Source: Dimorphilus gyrociliatus | Taxonomy: Eukaryota; Animalia; Annelida | Reading direction: 5' to 3' | Length of the DNA stretch: 64,000 nucleotides | NCBI GenBank assembly: GCA_904063045.1 | Contig: CAJFCJ010000003.1 | Location: 3,168,595 to 3,232,594, forward strand | Part shown: positions 63,578-64,000 of the stretch, in pieces | Position numbering within the stretch: the first letter of the stretch is position 1 | Layout: each line of letters starts with the position of its first letter | Translations under genes and position numbers: made by a program | The notes under the pieces: generated by a model | Seen by the model: the letters and a program-made list of their open reading frames with translations, nothing else | Database searches by the model: none | What the model was told of the DNA's origin: nothing

Positions 63578-63802
63578 CAAGGGGGGAGGGTTGTGGGAGA
63601 GAGGGAGAGAGAGTGATAGAAAAAGAGGGATCGGAAGAGGAAGAAAAACCCAAGTAAATATAATATTCAAATTTTATTATGGAAAAAAGTGGAGAAATCT
63701 AATAAATAATCGTTATTATATAAATATAAATAAACAAATATTATAGATAAATACAGTTTATATGTAGAATTTATGTGAAATACATGTACAAGATATTTAT
63801 AA

Positions 63803-63838
<36 letters not shown>

Positions 63839-64000
63839 TGGCAAAAGCTCTGTTTAAAACAAAGAAGCGAAGAATAGGAAGCCAGAATGAGACTTTTATA
63901 CTGTCATTCTACGCTTAGATTCTAAAAGAAATTAGGCAGATTTAGGGTAATATTAATCTAAATTAGGAAAATGAATAAGCGAATGAAAGAAAAAGTTAGG

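Noticed and set aside
1-64000. rRNA, tRNA, snRNA/SL RNA, known miRNA hairpins, CRISPR arrays, intact transposase or RT ORFs
   Set aside because: No recognisable conserved sequence or repeat-spacer structure seen by eye. An Infernal/Rfam, tRNAscan-SE and RepeatMasker run would be needed to exclude them firmly.

Overview
64 kb of very AT-rich, intron-containing animal DNA (GT-AG introns from 54 nt to about 2 kb, many TA and AG microsatellites). The gene content (innexin, FMRFamide-receptor-like GPCR, divergent DEG/ENaC channels) and CTCF-type motifs suggest a protostome, probably a compact-genome lophotrochozoan such as an annelid; this is inference. I reconstructed 11 protein-coding genes by joining exons by hand. 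In order: a single-exon FMRFamide-receptor-like GPCR; about 15 kb with no supportable gene; two convergent Tbx20 paralogues; an ABCG5-like half transporter; a stand-alone six-repeat NHL protein; four head-to-tail DEG/ENaC subunits; a second single-exon peptide GPCR; a single-exon innexin. No rRNA, tRNA, CRISPR array or intact transposon was recognised. The strongest candidate novelty is the DEG/ENaC array. All four subunits share a rewritten pore (HG motif to KG/KS, TM2 Asp to Lys/Gln, amiloride-site Gly to Asn), a reduced thumb and an extra cysteine pair. Each paralogue has exactly one intron at a different position, and two of these introns carry a reverse-complement copy of their own 5' splice site just upstream of an unusual AAG acceptor. 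Secondary points: the Tbx20 pair is flanked by CTCF-like motif clusters, and the ABCG5-like protein keeps both ATPase half-sites intact with no adjacent ABCG8.
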